NCBI GenBank assembly: GCA_009602725.1
Contig: WELB01000023.1
Location: 857,977 to 891,972, forward strand
Direction of reading: 5' to 3'
From: Spirogloea muscicola
Taxonomy: Eukaryota
Length of the DNA stretch: 33,996 nt
The position numbers and the translations under genes were made by a program. Position 1 is the first letter of the stretch; every line of letters begins with the position of its first letter. Below the pieces are notes generated by a model that searched no databases, was not told the DNA's origin, and saw nothing but the letters and a program-made list of their open reading frames with translations. This document shows, piece by piece, positions 10,743-23,371 of the stretch.

Positions 10743-11296
10743 GCATAAGTCGTCATCTGACTCCATCTGAAGGAAATCAGTTAACTGCTGTATGTCCTGG
10801 TTTTGTTAGGTTGCTAGCCAGCTATTTCTTGGCATAGCGCTGTAGCGAGGCTGCAGAGTAGCAACTAATGAGAGTCCATGCACCTACTACCCAAGGTGGA
10901 CTGAGGAGCATGTTATCTGGCCTCGCAACCATCTCAATTTTGTCAAGCTTGGCATCCTTTGAGAAGCCGGCACTGCATCTTTGCTACCGACTGGACCACT
11001 TGGCTGGAATGTGATATGTTTTGGCCTTGCCTGAAATTTGGACTGTGAAAATGGTAGGCACTAAATTATGTCGTTTGGCCTTGCCCCAACTTTAAATCGT
11101 GAATATTGTGGCATGAGATTGCGGCTTGGTTCAATGTTGCTGGCGACGAGTGTCACAACACGGTGTTTGCAAGCCTGCATGACTTGATTGCATTTGCCAC
11201 TGCACTCAGTGTACATCTTAATGCAGCCCTCGCACAGCATGACATTAGCTGCTCTTTTCGGAAATGGCACTTTCTGCACGAATGCTGTGCCAGTGA

Positions 11297-13616
11297 TCAG
11301 CGGAGGACCGATTGTACGACGCCGTTTGGATAGGATAAAGTGTCGAGTTCCAGAGCTTGCAGTAGCTGTGTGTGGCTGTACATGCCGAACATGTCACAAT
11401 GTGTGGAGAGCGGTGACAAATGATCCTCAAACCTGCGAAGAAAGAGCTCATGTGTCAACTTCGTAGCCAAAGAGAAGGCGGGCGATGCACACAAGTTGAA
11501 AGGGTTGCCAAGCAAGCCATTACACTATATAAGGAAAACAAGGAATGTTTGATGGGGGCTCAGCTAACAAAACGAAAACCAGCAGTAAGAGGGTGCCCAA
11601 AGATGCTCTTTGTACTGAGTATGTCAAGCAGAGCCACCGTGCAGACCTCGTGAAGGGTTTCGGTGATGAGCAGGTCCACGCATTCGCCTGCTGGGGGCAT
11701 AAGGCAGGCGCTGGAGGCGCCGGACTGGGATACGGCACCACTTCAGATTGCAGCAGCTTATCCAGATCCCAATCCTCGTCCAACCACAGCTCTGCATCTC
11801 GCAGGAGAAGAATTGTCATCAATTCGTAGGCGTTCAGACATATTTATGCAAGCTCGTCTTAAAATCTCATACGATGCAACAACTCAACAATGACTGTCGA
11901 CACGCTTGCTGTTCTACTCACCAGGCATCACCAGCGACTCCAGTCCGTGGAGTGGGTCGTCGACTGCATGTAGGCTGCTGTCATCATCTAGGAGGCGGTC
12001 TGTGGAGCTGTCGGTGCTCTCCTTGTCCTCCAACGTAGTTCCTCCAGGTGGGCTAGCTGCTCCTTGCAGCTTGCACAACCGGCTGGATGTCGTAACAGCG
12101 ACTGTGGTGGACTGTCCGAACCCTTTGCCCGGCGAGTTGCAATCAAGGGGACGACAATGCGCGAGCACCTCGGGAGACGGCATCGTAAGTTCCGCAACAT
12201 AAGCTGCTGTTGAGGGATGCTTCGGCCCCATGCCAGGGCCATGGCTCCAGCTGCACTGGCTGGTCTCGAGGACACTGGAGGCGGCGGCAGGCACCCATGC
12301 AGGCGGAGGCCAAGCGGCAGAGAAGAGGGGGTCCGCTTGATCCTCCTCCAGGGCGCAGGCATTGTCAGAGGCGGCGGACGTTCTGAGCGCCTGCCACAGC
12401 CAGCTCTCAGGACAGTCGTGGCCTTCCGTCGCCGGCGTGGCGGGCGTGGCCACAGAGGGCGTCGAGGCCGTGCTGGCGCTCGTGGCCGTGCAGCAGCTCT
12501 CAAAGCTGCCTGCTGGCAGGCATGCCCGGGCCGCGGTCTCGCCGCCACTGCCATTCCTGTGGTCCTCAATGGACGACACAGCGTTGCTGCAGGTCGTGGT
12601 CTCGGAGCCGGCCTGCGAGGGATCCGTCGGCACATCCGTGGGCAGCCTCGTTGAGCCTTCCAGGCCATCCAGTGAGGCCGGCATCGTTGGCTGCTCGGGC
12701 TGTCGTGCATTGATGGTCCGCCTCTTCATCGCTGGCTCTGAGCCGGATGGCCAGGAGGAAGAGCAGAGCTTGGCGCCAACGGAAGCGTGCTGGGCGAGGC
12801 GTGCAGGCACCGCTGCAACTGGCGTCGCCGAGGGACCGGCATGGCGTGCGTGGTAGGCCAGCGTGGCGCGGACGCAGCCAGCGCCTCCGCCGTCGAGGTT
12901 GAAGTCCTGGCGGGGGAGCCGGCGGCTGCCACCGCCGCCGAGGTCGAGCTTGGGGAAGGGGATGGGGATGGCGACGGCGCCCAGGAGGCGGTCCTCGAAG
13001 CTGCCGCGGTGATGGCTGGACACCCACACCTCGCACCGCACCTCCGCCTCACCGCCCACAACTGCCACCTGCACAGCTTGCACAGCTCTCACAGCGGTCA
13101 GCGCAGCAGCGCAGCAGCCGCGCCGCATGGTGCTCGTGGCTCCGAGCGACTATGCCAGAGCACGAGCTTGTCACCTGGAGGCACTGGTTGAAGTTGGGGT
13201 TGCTGCCACCGCGGCGGATGGTGCGGGTGAGCAGCGCAACTGGGCCAGCCGCTCCGCCAGCGGCGCCGTGCAGCAGCTTGACATACACGTCCTGCAGGAA
13301 TGCCGAAGCGCGAGACAGGTTAGCACAAAATTATCCGCAATCGAGCGAGAGCAGTAGCGTCCTCGTCAATGGCCACTCCCTCGAGCAAGGACAGGCGCTT
13401 GAAGGCATCGTCAGGCTCGCAGCGGCTGGCGGGTGACGGTGGAGCTCGCAGTGAGGTCAACTACGTGCAGAAGCACACCTGAGGACCGAGCGGGCTGATG
13501 TTCCGCAGGCCGCGAGCTCCGTGCAGCAGAACGTCCAGGATGCCCACGACGCGCGGTACCGCCTCGTTGCCACCGCCGCCGCCGCCGTCCCGAGGCCGCT
13601 TGCGCTGCCGGCCCAT
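11297..13616 (-). CDS. C2-domain (calcium-dependent lipid-binding, CaLB) protein with long low-complexity C-terminus
   Basis: Spliced reading VGILDVLLHGARGLRNISPLGPQ | DVYVKL...TRTIRRGGSNPNFNQCLQ | V...RCEVWVSSH..SFEDRLLGAVAIP...QDFNL..AGCVRATLAY matches the plant C2 subfamily pattern (xARxxxNI...QDVYxKL...GGxNPxF...CExW..S..EDxLLG). Exons around 13479-13616, 13174-13290 and 11921-13068 are solid. The two 3' exons (about 11647-11791 and 11297-11432) and the start codon are less certain. Confidence 0.8.
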
Positions 13617-15382
13617 GGTGCGGGCTGCCGCGGTTCCTGCCGTCGACTTCGCAAGAGCGTACTCGAGGCACAGAGAGCCGGCCGAGCCCACAGCGCGCTG
13701 CGTCGACGGGCCGAGGCGCCTGCGTGAAGCACGCGGGCTTGCACTGCAGTAGCGGTGTGGCGCAACGAGCGCTGGCGAGCGCCTGAGGATCGGGTGCCGG
13801 GCCAGGCCAGCGGCGTCTCGCGGGTGAGCTCTCAGGGGAGCGCTGCCGCGGCGGCGCAGAGGCGGAGGAGGGGGAGGAGGGCTGCGGAGGCGGAGGTCGC
13901 GCAGGCGGGGGGCAGCGATGGAGGAGGGGGGCTGGTGGCGCCGGAGGAGGGCGCCCAGTATGGGCGGGCCTCGGGGGACGGGGCCGCCACATTGGCGGCG
14001 GGGCCACAGCCGGAGACGCCCCAGCGATCACCACTGTGCCGCGAGGCCAGGTCCGCACTGCCGCCTGATCTGGCGGCGCCGCCACGCCTCTAGCGACGGT
14101 TTGACTCGCTCGGTGGCGTGGAAAAGCTCTTCTGCGTCATTCCATCATGTCGCGCTTGTCAGCGCATCCCCGGCTTCGTGTAGTCAAAAGCATGGCGACT
14201 GCCCCGGACGCCTGTCGAGTTTTGTAATAGTGAGCAGATGAAGTCCAGATAAGCAAGCGCGGCGCTGCTTCACTGGCCGCGGGGGACAGATGGCGTGCAG
14301 TCATTCGGAGGACGATCTGGCCGACCCATCTTCCAGGAAAGGCGGCGGCCTCCGCCTGCCCCTTGGGCGCCGCCCAAACAACATTCTCATCTGCACTATT
14401 CCCTTATTCAAGACTCATCAAGACTCGCAGGAATGGAATAACGTGTCACTCACTTCCACGTACAGCATTGACATCCAATCGCATCGATGCTGCTGTGTTA
14501 CGGCAGGGGGATTCAGCAGAGCCGCCAATGCACGTCAGCCGGGCGCTCTGTCAGCCAGGCCGCCATACTCCTTCGCGGCATCGCGGAGTACGCCAGCGGG
14601 CCCGCTCCACAGGGGGGGCCGCAGGTCGTGGCCCGCGCTGAGAATGACGTGAACACGCACTGTTGACGGGTGGGCCCCCTCGGCCCCCGCAAGCCACCAA
14701 TCAGCATAGACCGCCTGGAATGCCTGCTTGTCCCAAGGGGCCACGCCGCGGCTCTGCTGGCGCCCCGGCTCGCTAACCGCCGCCTGTCAAGGGCGGCCAG
14801 AAAGCCAGTTATTTATTGCCGCCACACCTGCACGCTACCGCCCGAAAGCATGTTCCACGACGCGCCTCGCTTCAGCACCACCCACGCCGGCCGTGCCTTG
14901 GCTAACCCTCAAGGCACAGGGCGACTCCTTTTGGAGTAGCTTACTTCAACTCTGCACTCTCCGCTTCCTTGCACCTTGTTCTTCCTTCAGTGGCTGGCTG
15001 TCAACAGCCCTCGCCTCCTTCAGGTGCCACTGCTCTTTCTGTTGCTACTCATACCGACTTGCGGCTGTTGACAAGGGCTCTTCTGAAAGGCTAAAGAAAT
15101 GTGGTTACTGTTTCTTTGGCTGAGTGATCGACGCTTGCAGTTGGGGCCTAGGTCTCGTCCATCCTTTGGCCTGCTTTTCCACGACCACCGCTCGTTGTAG
15201 CACCTCTTGTCATCCAGCCCCTAAACCATTTACAAAAGATTGGTGTAGCCCTGATGCAAATACCTCTGCAGTTACATGGATTCTCTTCCAGCCTGCGCCT
15301 CAAGGCTTCCTCTTGACATGACTTCAATTTGCTCCCAGGGCAATGATTCAATGCTCGACGTCTTATATCAATAGAACCAAAA

Positions 15383-18300
15383 CTATGTCCGTGGCGTGAG
15401 TTGAATCTTCACCTCTCCTGCTGGTCGCAGGGTAATCATTGCACGAGGCCTAGGAGGGTCCTCGCCGTCCGGGAGTCTTAATGTAAATTTACGAGCCACT
15501 GAAGCAAGCACCTGCAGTACACATCCCAAGCATCAGTCAGTTGCCCATCTGCACCATCTGCTTGGCATTGGACAAAGTTGCAGATGACACCAGTGCAGTT
15601 TCAGGCCTACGGCCAAATTAGGCTCTGGGAAGGTTTCTCAAAGTCGTATATGACTTGGGGGGGGAAATATGCGATCACCAGAGATGCCTCCATCATGGCA
15701 AAACCCATGCCTATGCAGTTCCGCGGGCCCCCACCAAATGGCCAATAGGAAGTGTTCTCGTTCAAGGGAGGTGCATCGCCTCCCTCAAGCCACCTATCAG
15801 GGTCAAACTCAAGGGCTCTGCCAACAGTGCACAATCTATAATATATCAGGCTCGGCACTTCCTGAAATACTTTGAACTTTAGTTGAAGGCTAGCATGGAA
15901 CATCTATCCGATGTAGTTTTTGCTCTTGGTGAGGCCAGTAAGTATAGCAATTTATGACTGCTGCTGTCCATGGCATGACCTTGGCTTCTCAATGAGATAT
16001 AGAGAAGTACCTACGGGCGGTGCAAATCAACATTGCTGACAAAGACAATGATGAACACACTTTGAGCAGCTGAGATGTATGCTAGGATGGACAGCGACCT
16101 GGGCCAGTGAGCAGGGTCTCGGTGCAGCAAATACGGGCTGACCAGCACCGTGGTGCCGGCCTCTACATGCCAATCTGCCAGCTGGGTGCTTTCGCTCGCG
16201 CACCGACCAACGATGTACGCAGGCGGCATCAGCCGCATTGTCTCCCAAATTACTGCTTCCGTGTACCTGCAAGAAAACCAGCACAACACATGAAGGCCAG
16301 TGCTTCCTGACTACTTTTAATCTTGTCAGGTCACCTCAGCAACCTGAGAAACTCCAACAACTCTGTAGTGAACCTGATGATTGAGGCTTGAATTCAGCTG
16401 CGCTTGCTCATGTCTCAATGCTCCTGGCGATGGACGTACTCACAATCAATGCGGCTTACATGATGTGCTTGACATGACAGCACTGTGAGGCAGCTAAAGG
16501 GAGGCCTTGTATTGACCTGAGTTGCTGGCAGTTGACATGGTCGAGCCTCTCATTGCCGACAAGCTTGTCAATCTCCGCTACCAATTTGACCTGGCTACCA
16601 GGATGAAGAGCCAACAACGTGCAGGCCCATGCCAAGAGGATAGCCGATGTCTCCTGGCCCTGCAGAGGCCTCAAATTGGTGAAGGAGAGGGTTCTGATGT
16701 ATTCAATGTGATCCAAAAGCGAATGATTCGGAAGCACAACCTATGACAACACCATGAAGGATCCAAGCTGACTACTAACTATCAGAAGTTGGATACTGAC
16801 AAGACAATATTTAGGTGCTTCCAAATGTGAACAAATATAGATGCTTGAGGAAATCGAGAGTATTGAAAAGTACATGAGGTGCTAATCAGCAGCCCTAATG
16901 TAGACTCACTGCAATGAGAAGTGTCATAAGCTCATCTCGAAGCGCTGTATTGCTCATCCCTGAGCCATCGTCGTCTTTCACCTGGGGAGCTGAGGCTTAT
17001 GGTCAAGCGCCGAGGCTATCGAGTGAAATGGCGATTTCTAGTCACCTTCTGGGTTGCCTGCCTAATACGTCGCCAAGGTCAGGACGAATGACTCACAAGA
17101 CCTGCACAAACGAGCTGCCAAATTTCCTCGACATTTCCTGGTGCATGAGAATGTACATGCCAAAGCATGCCCAGCTACAGCAAGAGTCAGTGTGAGGCTG
17201 CTTTCCAGCTATAGCAGGAATTAGTGCTTGTGCTAGTACTAGTGCTAGGTACCTGCAGCATCCGCGTTAGGAGATCCACCGGGTGATGGCATCCAGCTAC
17301 GTCAGGAATATGGCTCGCCATTCCCTCGAGGCTTCTCCTCCTCCGCTCAATGAGGTCATACACCAGTCTGTCGAGTTGCGAGACAGCGGCATTGTACTGC
17401 ATGTTGTCGGGCGTCGGAATCCACTCTGGGACTGGACCGTGCAAAGCTCAGACATGGGTCAATTCCAAACACCTCAAACGCCACAGATCGCCTGGAATCA
17501 TAAGATAGCGCGTGCTTTGAAGATGCCCTGCAGCCAGATGCCACCTCCGAGAATACAATCTAACAATCAAGCCAATACAGATTGTACAAGCACAATGGCA
17601 TCCCTATGCAATTAAATGACAACTGATAAATTGGCCATCGAATAAGTAACACTTCTCATGAAGTTCCCGCAAGCTGACCTCACCTATGATCATGGACGTT
17701 GCCCTGCGTGCGAAAAAGTCAAAGGCAGTGGTGACTGCTGGCCCCACATCCTCCATATCTTCTCCACCTCCAAAGAGGGCGGTGAGCACGACCTCCAATG
17801 TCAGCTTGTTGAAGTCCCCGTAAATTTCTTGGATTCCGCCACGGTTCCAATTACTGTTCAACAGTCGCTCTGTTGCGTCCACCATTGCCTAAAAGAGCAG
17901 AGGTGTCAGCAACAAGCGCCTCAAATCGTGACAATGCATGATGGCAATTATGTCCTTCTTCCTGTTGGGCTTAATTGTCGGCCTGCACTACTCAAGCTTT
18001 GACATGAGCTCTCCCCCTTGCATAAACAAATCCCTGCAAATTGACTTCTCCCAATTACAAGCATCTGCCCCATGAAGAAGTGAGTAGCATATGACAAATG
18101 AGGTGCACAAGACACTAGATGGTCAATGGAGGACGCAAAATGTCCTCACTGCAGCATATGTGTCAACAGCAGATTTGCGGAAGGCCGGATTGGCAAGGCG
18201 CCTCTGCCGGCGCCAGGTCTCGCCGTCAGAGACAAGCAGGCCATTGCCGGCCAGGCTGCTTCCAGGGAAAAATGCAGTGCCTGCCTGACAGAAGCACGGA

Positions 18301-19779
18301 GTGCACACATAAGAACAAGCTCAGGCACAACTACCACTTGACATATCAGTGTGTGAAAGAGCACTTTTCACACGTGCATGTTGTATTTCAAGTGCTCAGG
18401 CCCCAAGTTTGAGATGTGCAGATTGTGCTGGCCAGACCAGGCAGGACTTAGGTGAACCACCTTGACAAAGATGTCTGCCTTGGTCACCAGGATGTCCTTT
18501 GCCAGGTCCCTGCATTCGAGAGGCGGGCATCACCACCAGATCCTACATTGCTGAAGGTGCTCGGCTGTAAGGGCAACTAAGCTACTTCCAAGAGGCAGGG
18601 AAGTACTGTTCCAATCAGTAGGAGCACTCTGTAGTGTAGTAAAGTCAAGTCTGCTAGCAAATGAGCCAGGGAGTTCTTAGCCATATGTACTGGCAATGGT
18701 AGCAGAGCGAGCAGCAGTGCAGATTATTCCCAAGCAACTTCAGCGAGTACGCACAGGCCTGGACACAGTCGCTACGAGATCCAGATAGTTACAGCTCGTC
18801 TCGTGGGCTGTGGGCATGCTAGCAGTCTCACGGGTCACTGACGACAACGACGGGCTCCCCAGCGAGCTTGATGCCAACTGCTCCCCCAAACTCCTCCCGG
18901 AGCCGCTCCAGTGTTCCCAGGGGGTCACCCGCCAGAGCCACTGCAGAGTCGCCGCCAGGGCCGGGAGGGAAGCTGCTGGGGAGAGGCGACAGTATCTTGC
19001 GGAGCCTGGACGCGCCATGGCTGACCAGTGCAGTCGCCTGCTGGACCTGAGACGACGTCCGAAACGACGTGAAAGGCTGGCTGTCAGAAAGGTGCGCTCC
19101 TTGACAGATACGTTGGCGAGGGTAAGCAGTCCGGGGCTTCAGCACGAGCCGGTGACGTTGAGCTCAAGCTCATGAATTATCTCGAAGCCCCAGCAGCTTT
19201 GATGGCCACAAGGTCAAGAAGCGGACAGGAAGAGACGCAGCATAAATTACACATGAACCAAGCTACTGTCTAAGGTGACAACCACTAAGGTTACCACTAT
19301 TTGACTATCAAGCAAGACAACCCAAGAGGCATCAAACATTTTCGAATTCTTCAGATCGGAAGGGCTTGCAAGCTACTTCGTGTGCTGGCGGGGAGGAACG
19401 GCACACCAGTGTGCAAGGCCACGATCCAGACCTGCTGTTGCCAGCTCGTCGCCGCCAGCGCCGCCAGCAGCGCCAGCCGGACATCACCGGTCGGTGCGGG
19501 GGAGCGGGCTTCTGGGGCGCCACGCCGCCGCGAGTAGCGGGGCTCGCTGACTTCTCGTGAGCTCCACGTGGACGACTCGGCGATGACTTCGGCGCCGCTT
19601 CCGCCGCCGACGGCTGTAGCGCCATGCGGCCGGGCGCCGGCAGCTGGCGCGGGGCCGCTCGCCTTCCTCGCCGCGCCTGCGCGAGCTGTGGCCGCGCCAG
19701 CTGTGATTGCCACGAGGTTTGCACTGGGTGAAGCGGCAGCAGCCGCGGGCCCGGACATCGGCGCGCCGTTGCCGGCCAT
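15383..19779 (-). CDS. Cytochrome P450, CYP746-like, about 11 exons, Ala/Ser/Arg-rich N-terminal extension
   Basis: Exons give FPPGP hinge, [50 protein letters not shown] (I-helix), ETMR (ExxR), FDPDRW, heme motif [10 protein letters not shown] and a final exon VLASVARKF...ITLRP...PRT* (stop 15383-15385). The first exon (19432-19779) is phase-compatible but less certain. Family assignment is from memory of CYP746 sequences. Confidence 0.9.
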
Positions 19780-20051
19780 GGCCACGGCGGCGGCGGGAAC
19801 GCCGTCCCCGGACGGCAGACGCCGCAGCGGGCTAGGGGTTGGGTTTGAGATTGAGCTGACCAAGAAGTTGTAGTGAAATTCTTCGAAGCTCCAAAGAAGT
19901 AGAAGGGTTAGTAGTAAGGCTGGACCGAAACATATGGGGCTCGCAAACAGATGCGACGCCTTTCTATGGAGAATATGGGTTTGAGAGGCCAGCCAAGAAG
20001 GAAAGGCCAAGCCGAAAAGGTAATGGACGATGTTCAAAGGAGCTGAACGGG

Positions 20052-20080
20052 TAAACCCTAAACCCTAAACCGTAAACCCA
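20052..20080 (+). promoter_or_regulatory. Short telo-box-like repeat (AAACCCT)n upstream of the P450 gene
   Basis: TAAACCCTAAACCCTAAACCGTAAACCCA about 270 bp upstream of the putative P450 ATG. Regulatory role is unproven. Confidence 0.4.
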
Positions 20081-21139
20081 AGGTGGACGCAGCTGATGCT
20101 GGAGCTGGGGCTAAGTGGTCGGAGATGGTGGTGAGCTATGGGTTCAGTGGGTCGTCGTGAGTGGCCGCCCAAGAAGAGGAAACGGCTGCTGACTAGAAAA
20201 GTAGCTATTTGAAGGCCGATCAGAACGTGTAAAACATGGCAGACATTAGATGACGTCACAGTGCCAGAGCCTCAGGCTTAAAAAGCTGCAGAGTGTCACA
20301 GTACCCCTTGGAGGCATTGGACGAGCTACGCTGGCGAATGTGCGGTCCTCCATGCGAGCTAGCAGCAGCTGTCAGGCTTGACTAGCAATGCAAGACATCA
20401 CTCCTCCAAGCGGTGCAGCAAGTGTGGGCATGCTTAATTCTGCAAGACCCTTCCCTGCCGGTATGAGAGCGCCCATGAAGTGCCAGTACGGTCATTGGCA
20501 GTGCTTCCACGTATGTTAATGCCACGCGCTGCAATTCTGCAATACCTCGATGACGCCTTGTTTACGTGCAGGGCGAGCTCCAAAAGATGTCTGCTCAATA
20601 GCTCTGGCATATTGCATACATATGCTGGTGTATGGCTGCTGTGTATGCCAGTTCACCATGATTGCTTTCTCTAGTCAACAGCCGCAAGTCGAAATTAGAG
20701 TAAGTCGCAGCTGGAAAGATTCGTTAACCCAGAGGCGGCAGCCAAGGCAGAGCTTTTTGGAATGCACGGCGGAATGCTCCTTCGATTTGCAGAGGCGCAC
20801 ACGTACACCTGAGCGAGTGACCCGGCGCAGCTTGAGCCACTCGCCCTGCTGCAATGTGGACAAGGGGTAATTGAGCTCCTAATAATAGTCGTCACTCAGT
20901 GTAGCTGTGTGCTTTGTGCTTTCTGGTCCTACCGGACTTTGTCCATTCATTGTGAGCTGGCCTCTCACAGCCATTGCCCTGTTTGCAAGAGCTTCTGCTA
21001 TCCAGATGAAGTTGTTTGTGCTTTTAGTAGTTTATTTAACGCCGGGTTCTTGAGAGAGCCAGAAACGAGCTGGACATCAAAGTACGATCAAACGAAGGAG
21101 AGACAGCTCTGCCATTGTAAGGCAATGGCTGTGAGTAGA

Positions 21140-22745
21140 AGAAAGAAAGGGCTCGCAAAGCCAGCAAAGGAATGAACAAACGGCCGGGAGGAACCAAAGA
21201 CTGCGGAACGCGGGAAAGTAAGAGAAGTGCTCGCCCAGAGAAGAGTGGCTGGCAAAGCCAGCCCAAAAAGAATGGACAATATCCCAAGCCAAAAGAAAAA
21301 GGTTTCGAAAAGAAAGGGCGCGCCAAAAGTAAACCATGAGATCGGACGCGGGAGTAAAACGAGGAGATTGCGGTGCTGATATTGAAAACGAGAGGCCTGA
21401 CCCTACTAGCCCCCGCGGGGGGAAGAAAGGGCTCGCCCATTGAGGATAGGGGCTGGACAAGCCAGCCCAAAAAAGAATGAACAAAGAACGAGAAGGGGGC
21501 CAGAGGAAGCCAGAGGAAGCGCTAAGAAACCAAAGCACACAAAGAAAGAAAGCAGCTACAAATTACTCAGTAATCAGAGAGGCTAGGGTTGTAACGAATG
21601 CTGTAGATCGCCAAGCCCGGGCTGCCGGCGGCGCAAGGAGAAGCGGGAGGCATTGGGATGGGGCCGCAACGGTAAAATTGACAAACGGTTACTGCAGGGG
21701 CAAGGGTCCAGGGGTCCGAGGTTGGGTGAAGAACTCACCCCCTCTCCCATCTCGGGTGCCCCCTTTATAGCCCGACGGACTGCGAGCCCGGCCATACGGG
21801 CCCGGGTGGGATGTTCGGCACCCAGTCTCTCGTTGATGACCCGTCCACGACCTGTCGACGGCTATCAACGGCTACCACCGACAATCTACCCGTCACTCGC
21901 AGCTGACGGTCACTACCCCCAGGCTATCGTCAGCCGTCTATCATCCCCGTCAATACTAACGGCTAACAATGCCGTCAAGGCAGTCTACAGCGCTGCCACC
22001 TCCCGTCGCCGTTCCAGCGCCAGCACCATGCTGTCTCGCGTGTCACGACTCCGGGTTGCGCCGCTCTCAGCTCTATATCAAAGCCACGCTGCCCAGCCTG
22101 GTGAAATTGTCCGTCTCCAGGCATCTGTCAAGCCTTTCCTGCGGCACTGACAGTCAATTTATTTATCAGCCGGATGAGGTATCTAATCTCCAGGCATCTG
22201 TCAATACATTACAGCTGCATTGACATTCCAGCCATGTAAATTCGTTACAAGGGTCCTGGAAGTGGATCCCACGGGCGGGGGCTGGCCACGAATTGGGCCA
22301 CAGCTTAAGTGATGGTAAAAAAGAAAGGGCGCGCCCATAGAGAAGAAGAAGGCTCGAGAAAGAGAGAGAAAGAGAAAGAGGGGCTGGCAAAGCCAGCCCA
22401 AAAAGAATGGACAATGTCCAAAGCCGAAGGATGAGAAGCCGAGGAAGAAAGTGCTCGCCCATTGAGAATAGGGGCTGAACAACCAGCCCGAAAGAGAATG
22501 AACAGAGTACAAGAAGGGGGCCAGGGGAAGCGCTAAGTAACAGAAACAAAGAATGAACAAAGAACGAGAAGGGGGCCAGAGGAAGCGCTAAGAAACCAAA
22601 GCACACAAAGAAAGAAAGCAGCTGCAAAAGGAGAGGAAGGACTCCTCTACTCTACCAATCACGACGAAGAGGGGCTGGCAAAGAGAAAAGCGCGGCCGAA
22701 TTGACTGGTGGCTGGGAGAAGCCAGCCCAAAAGCAAAGGTGACTG
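21140..22745 (-). repeat. Second cluster of stacked retrotransposon 3'-end micro-copies, interrupted by a solo LTR
   Basis: Same hairpin-UTR motifs as 3100-6100 at 21140-21575 and 22315-22745. 21420-21572 and 22445-22625 closely match 3470-3625. Confidence 0.85.
21590..22249 (-). mobile_element. Solo LTR (660 bp)
   Basis: Termini TGTAACGAAT...ATTCGTTACA (perfect 10-bp inverted repeat, TG..CA). 5-bp TSD AGGGT at 21585-21589 and 22250-22254. TATA-like GCTATAAAGGGG on the minus strand near 21760-21771 suggests orientation. No coding capacity. Confidence 0.9.
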
Positions 22746-23214
22746 ACAGGCCAACGACCAAAAACACCGGCAATCAGCGAATTGTTGCATCCTGCGGGGG
22801 TATCCTGTCTCGCCATGAAATTCTCATAATTCGCACTGAATATGCAGATGGAGAATGAGGGTGAAATCAGTTGAGCAGAGGAGCATGGGGCAGAAAAGGC
22901 GCGCCGTGTGGCACTTTCGGTGGCGTGTGCAGTTTCGTCTGTTCGTGCATCGTCGTCAGGTGACAAATGGGCGGGCCCCGCCCGCTTCGGCGAGTTGACC
23001 GCCACGGGGGGCCGGTTGACTACCCGTTGCCCCTTCGCGACCAGCTTCCTTGCTTGCTTCCCAGCCGCTCGCCAGCCCCCAAACAGCTGAGCGCGCGCCT
23101 GCTCGCCCAGCAGCTGCCGCTCGAGACGTACAGACGAGCCCTCCAGCTCCAGGAAGGGGCGCGGCGATCTCCGCCTGGCCGTCTCAGAGGACCCGAGGCG
23201 CCCTCTCCCAGCCG

Positions 23215-23261
23215 GCTTTTGGCTTTCACAGCCGCTCTCTTGACATCAGCAGCCGCATTCT
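23215..23261 (+). mobile_element. 47-bp micro-insertion of the family-D retrotransposon 3' terminus with 9-bp TSD
   Basis: GGCTTTCACAGCCGCTCTCTTGACATCAGCAGCCGCATTCT matches the 3' end of the element at 27047-27092 (minus). TCCCAGCCG is duplicated at 23206-23214 and 23262-23270. Confidence 0.8.
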
Positions 23262-23371
23262 TCCCAGCCGCCCCGCCGCTCAGCCGCTTCGCGCTCTGCC
23301 CACAAAAGAGTGCTGCTTCTCTGCTACTCCGACGCGGCACTGCAGAGCGCAGCCACCCGTCGCAGGCGGCG

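Noticed and set aside
13700..15350. Numerous Pro/Arg/Ala-rich ORFs on both strands
   Set aside because: Expected in high-GC promoter/UTR DNA; no domain or consistent splice model.
15607..15680. Apparent truncated P450 C-terminus (VIAYFPPQ...WP*)
   Set aside because: This is intron read-through; a proper last exon (15383-15511) supplies the ITLRP ending.
20385..20600. SSKRCSKCGH (TnpB/Fanzor-like zinc ribbon) and LQYLDDALF (RT YxDD-like) in one + frame
   Set aside because: There is a stop immediately after the CxxC, no second CxxC or RuvC-III RDxN motif, and no other RT motifs; consistent with chance.
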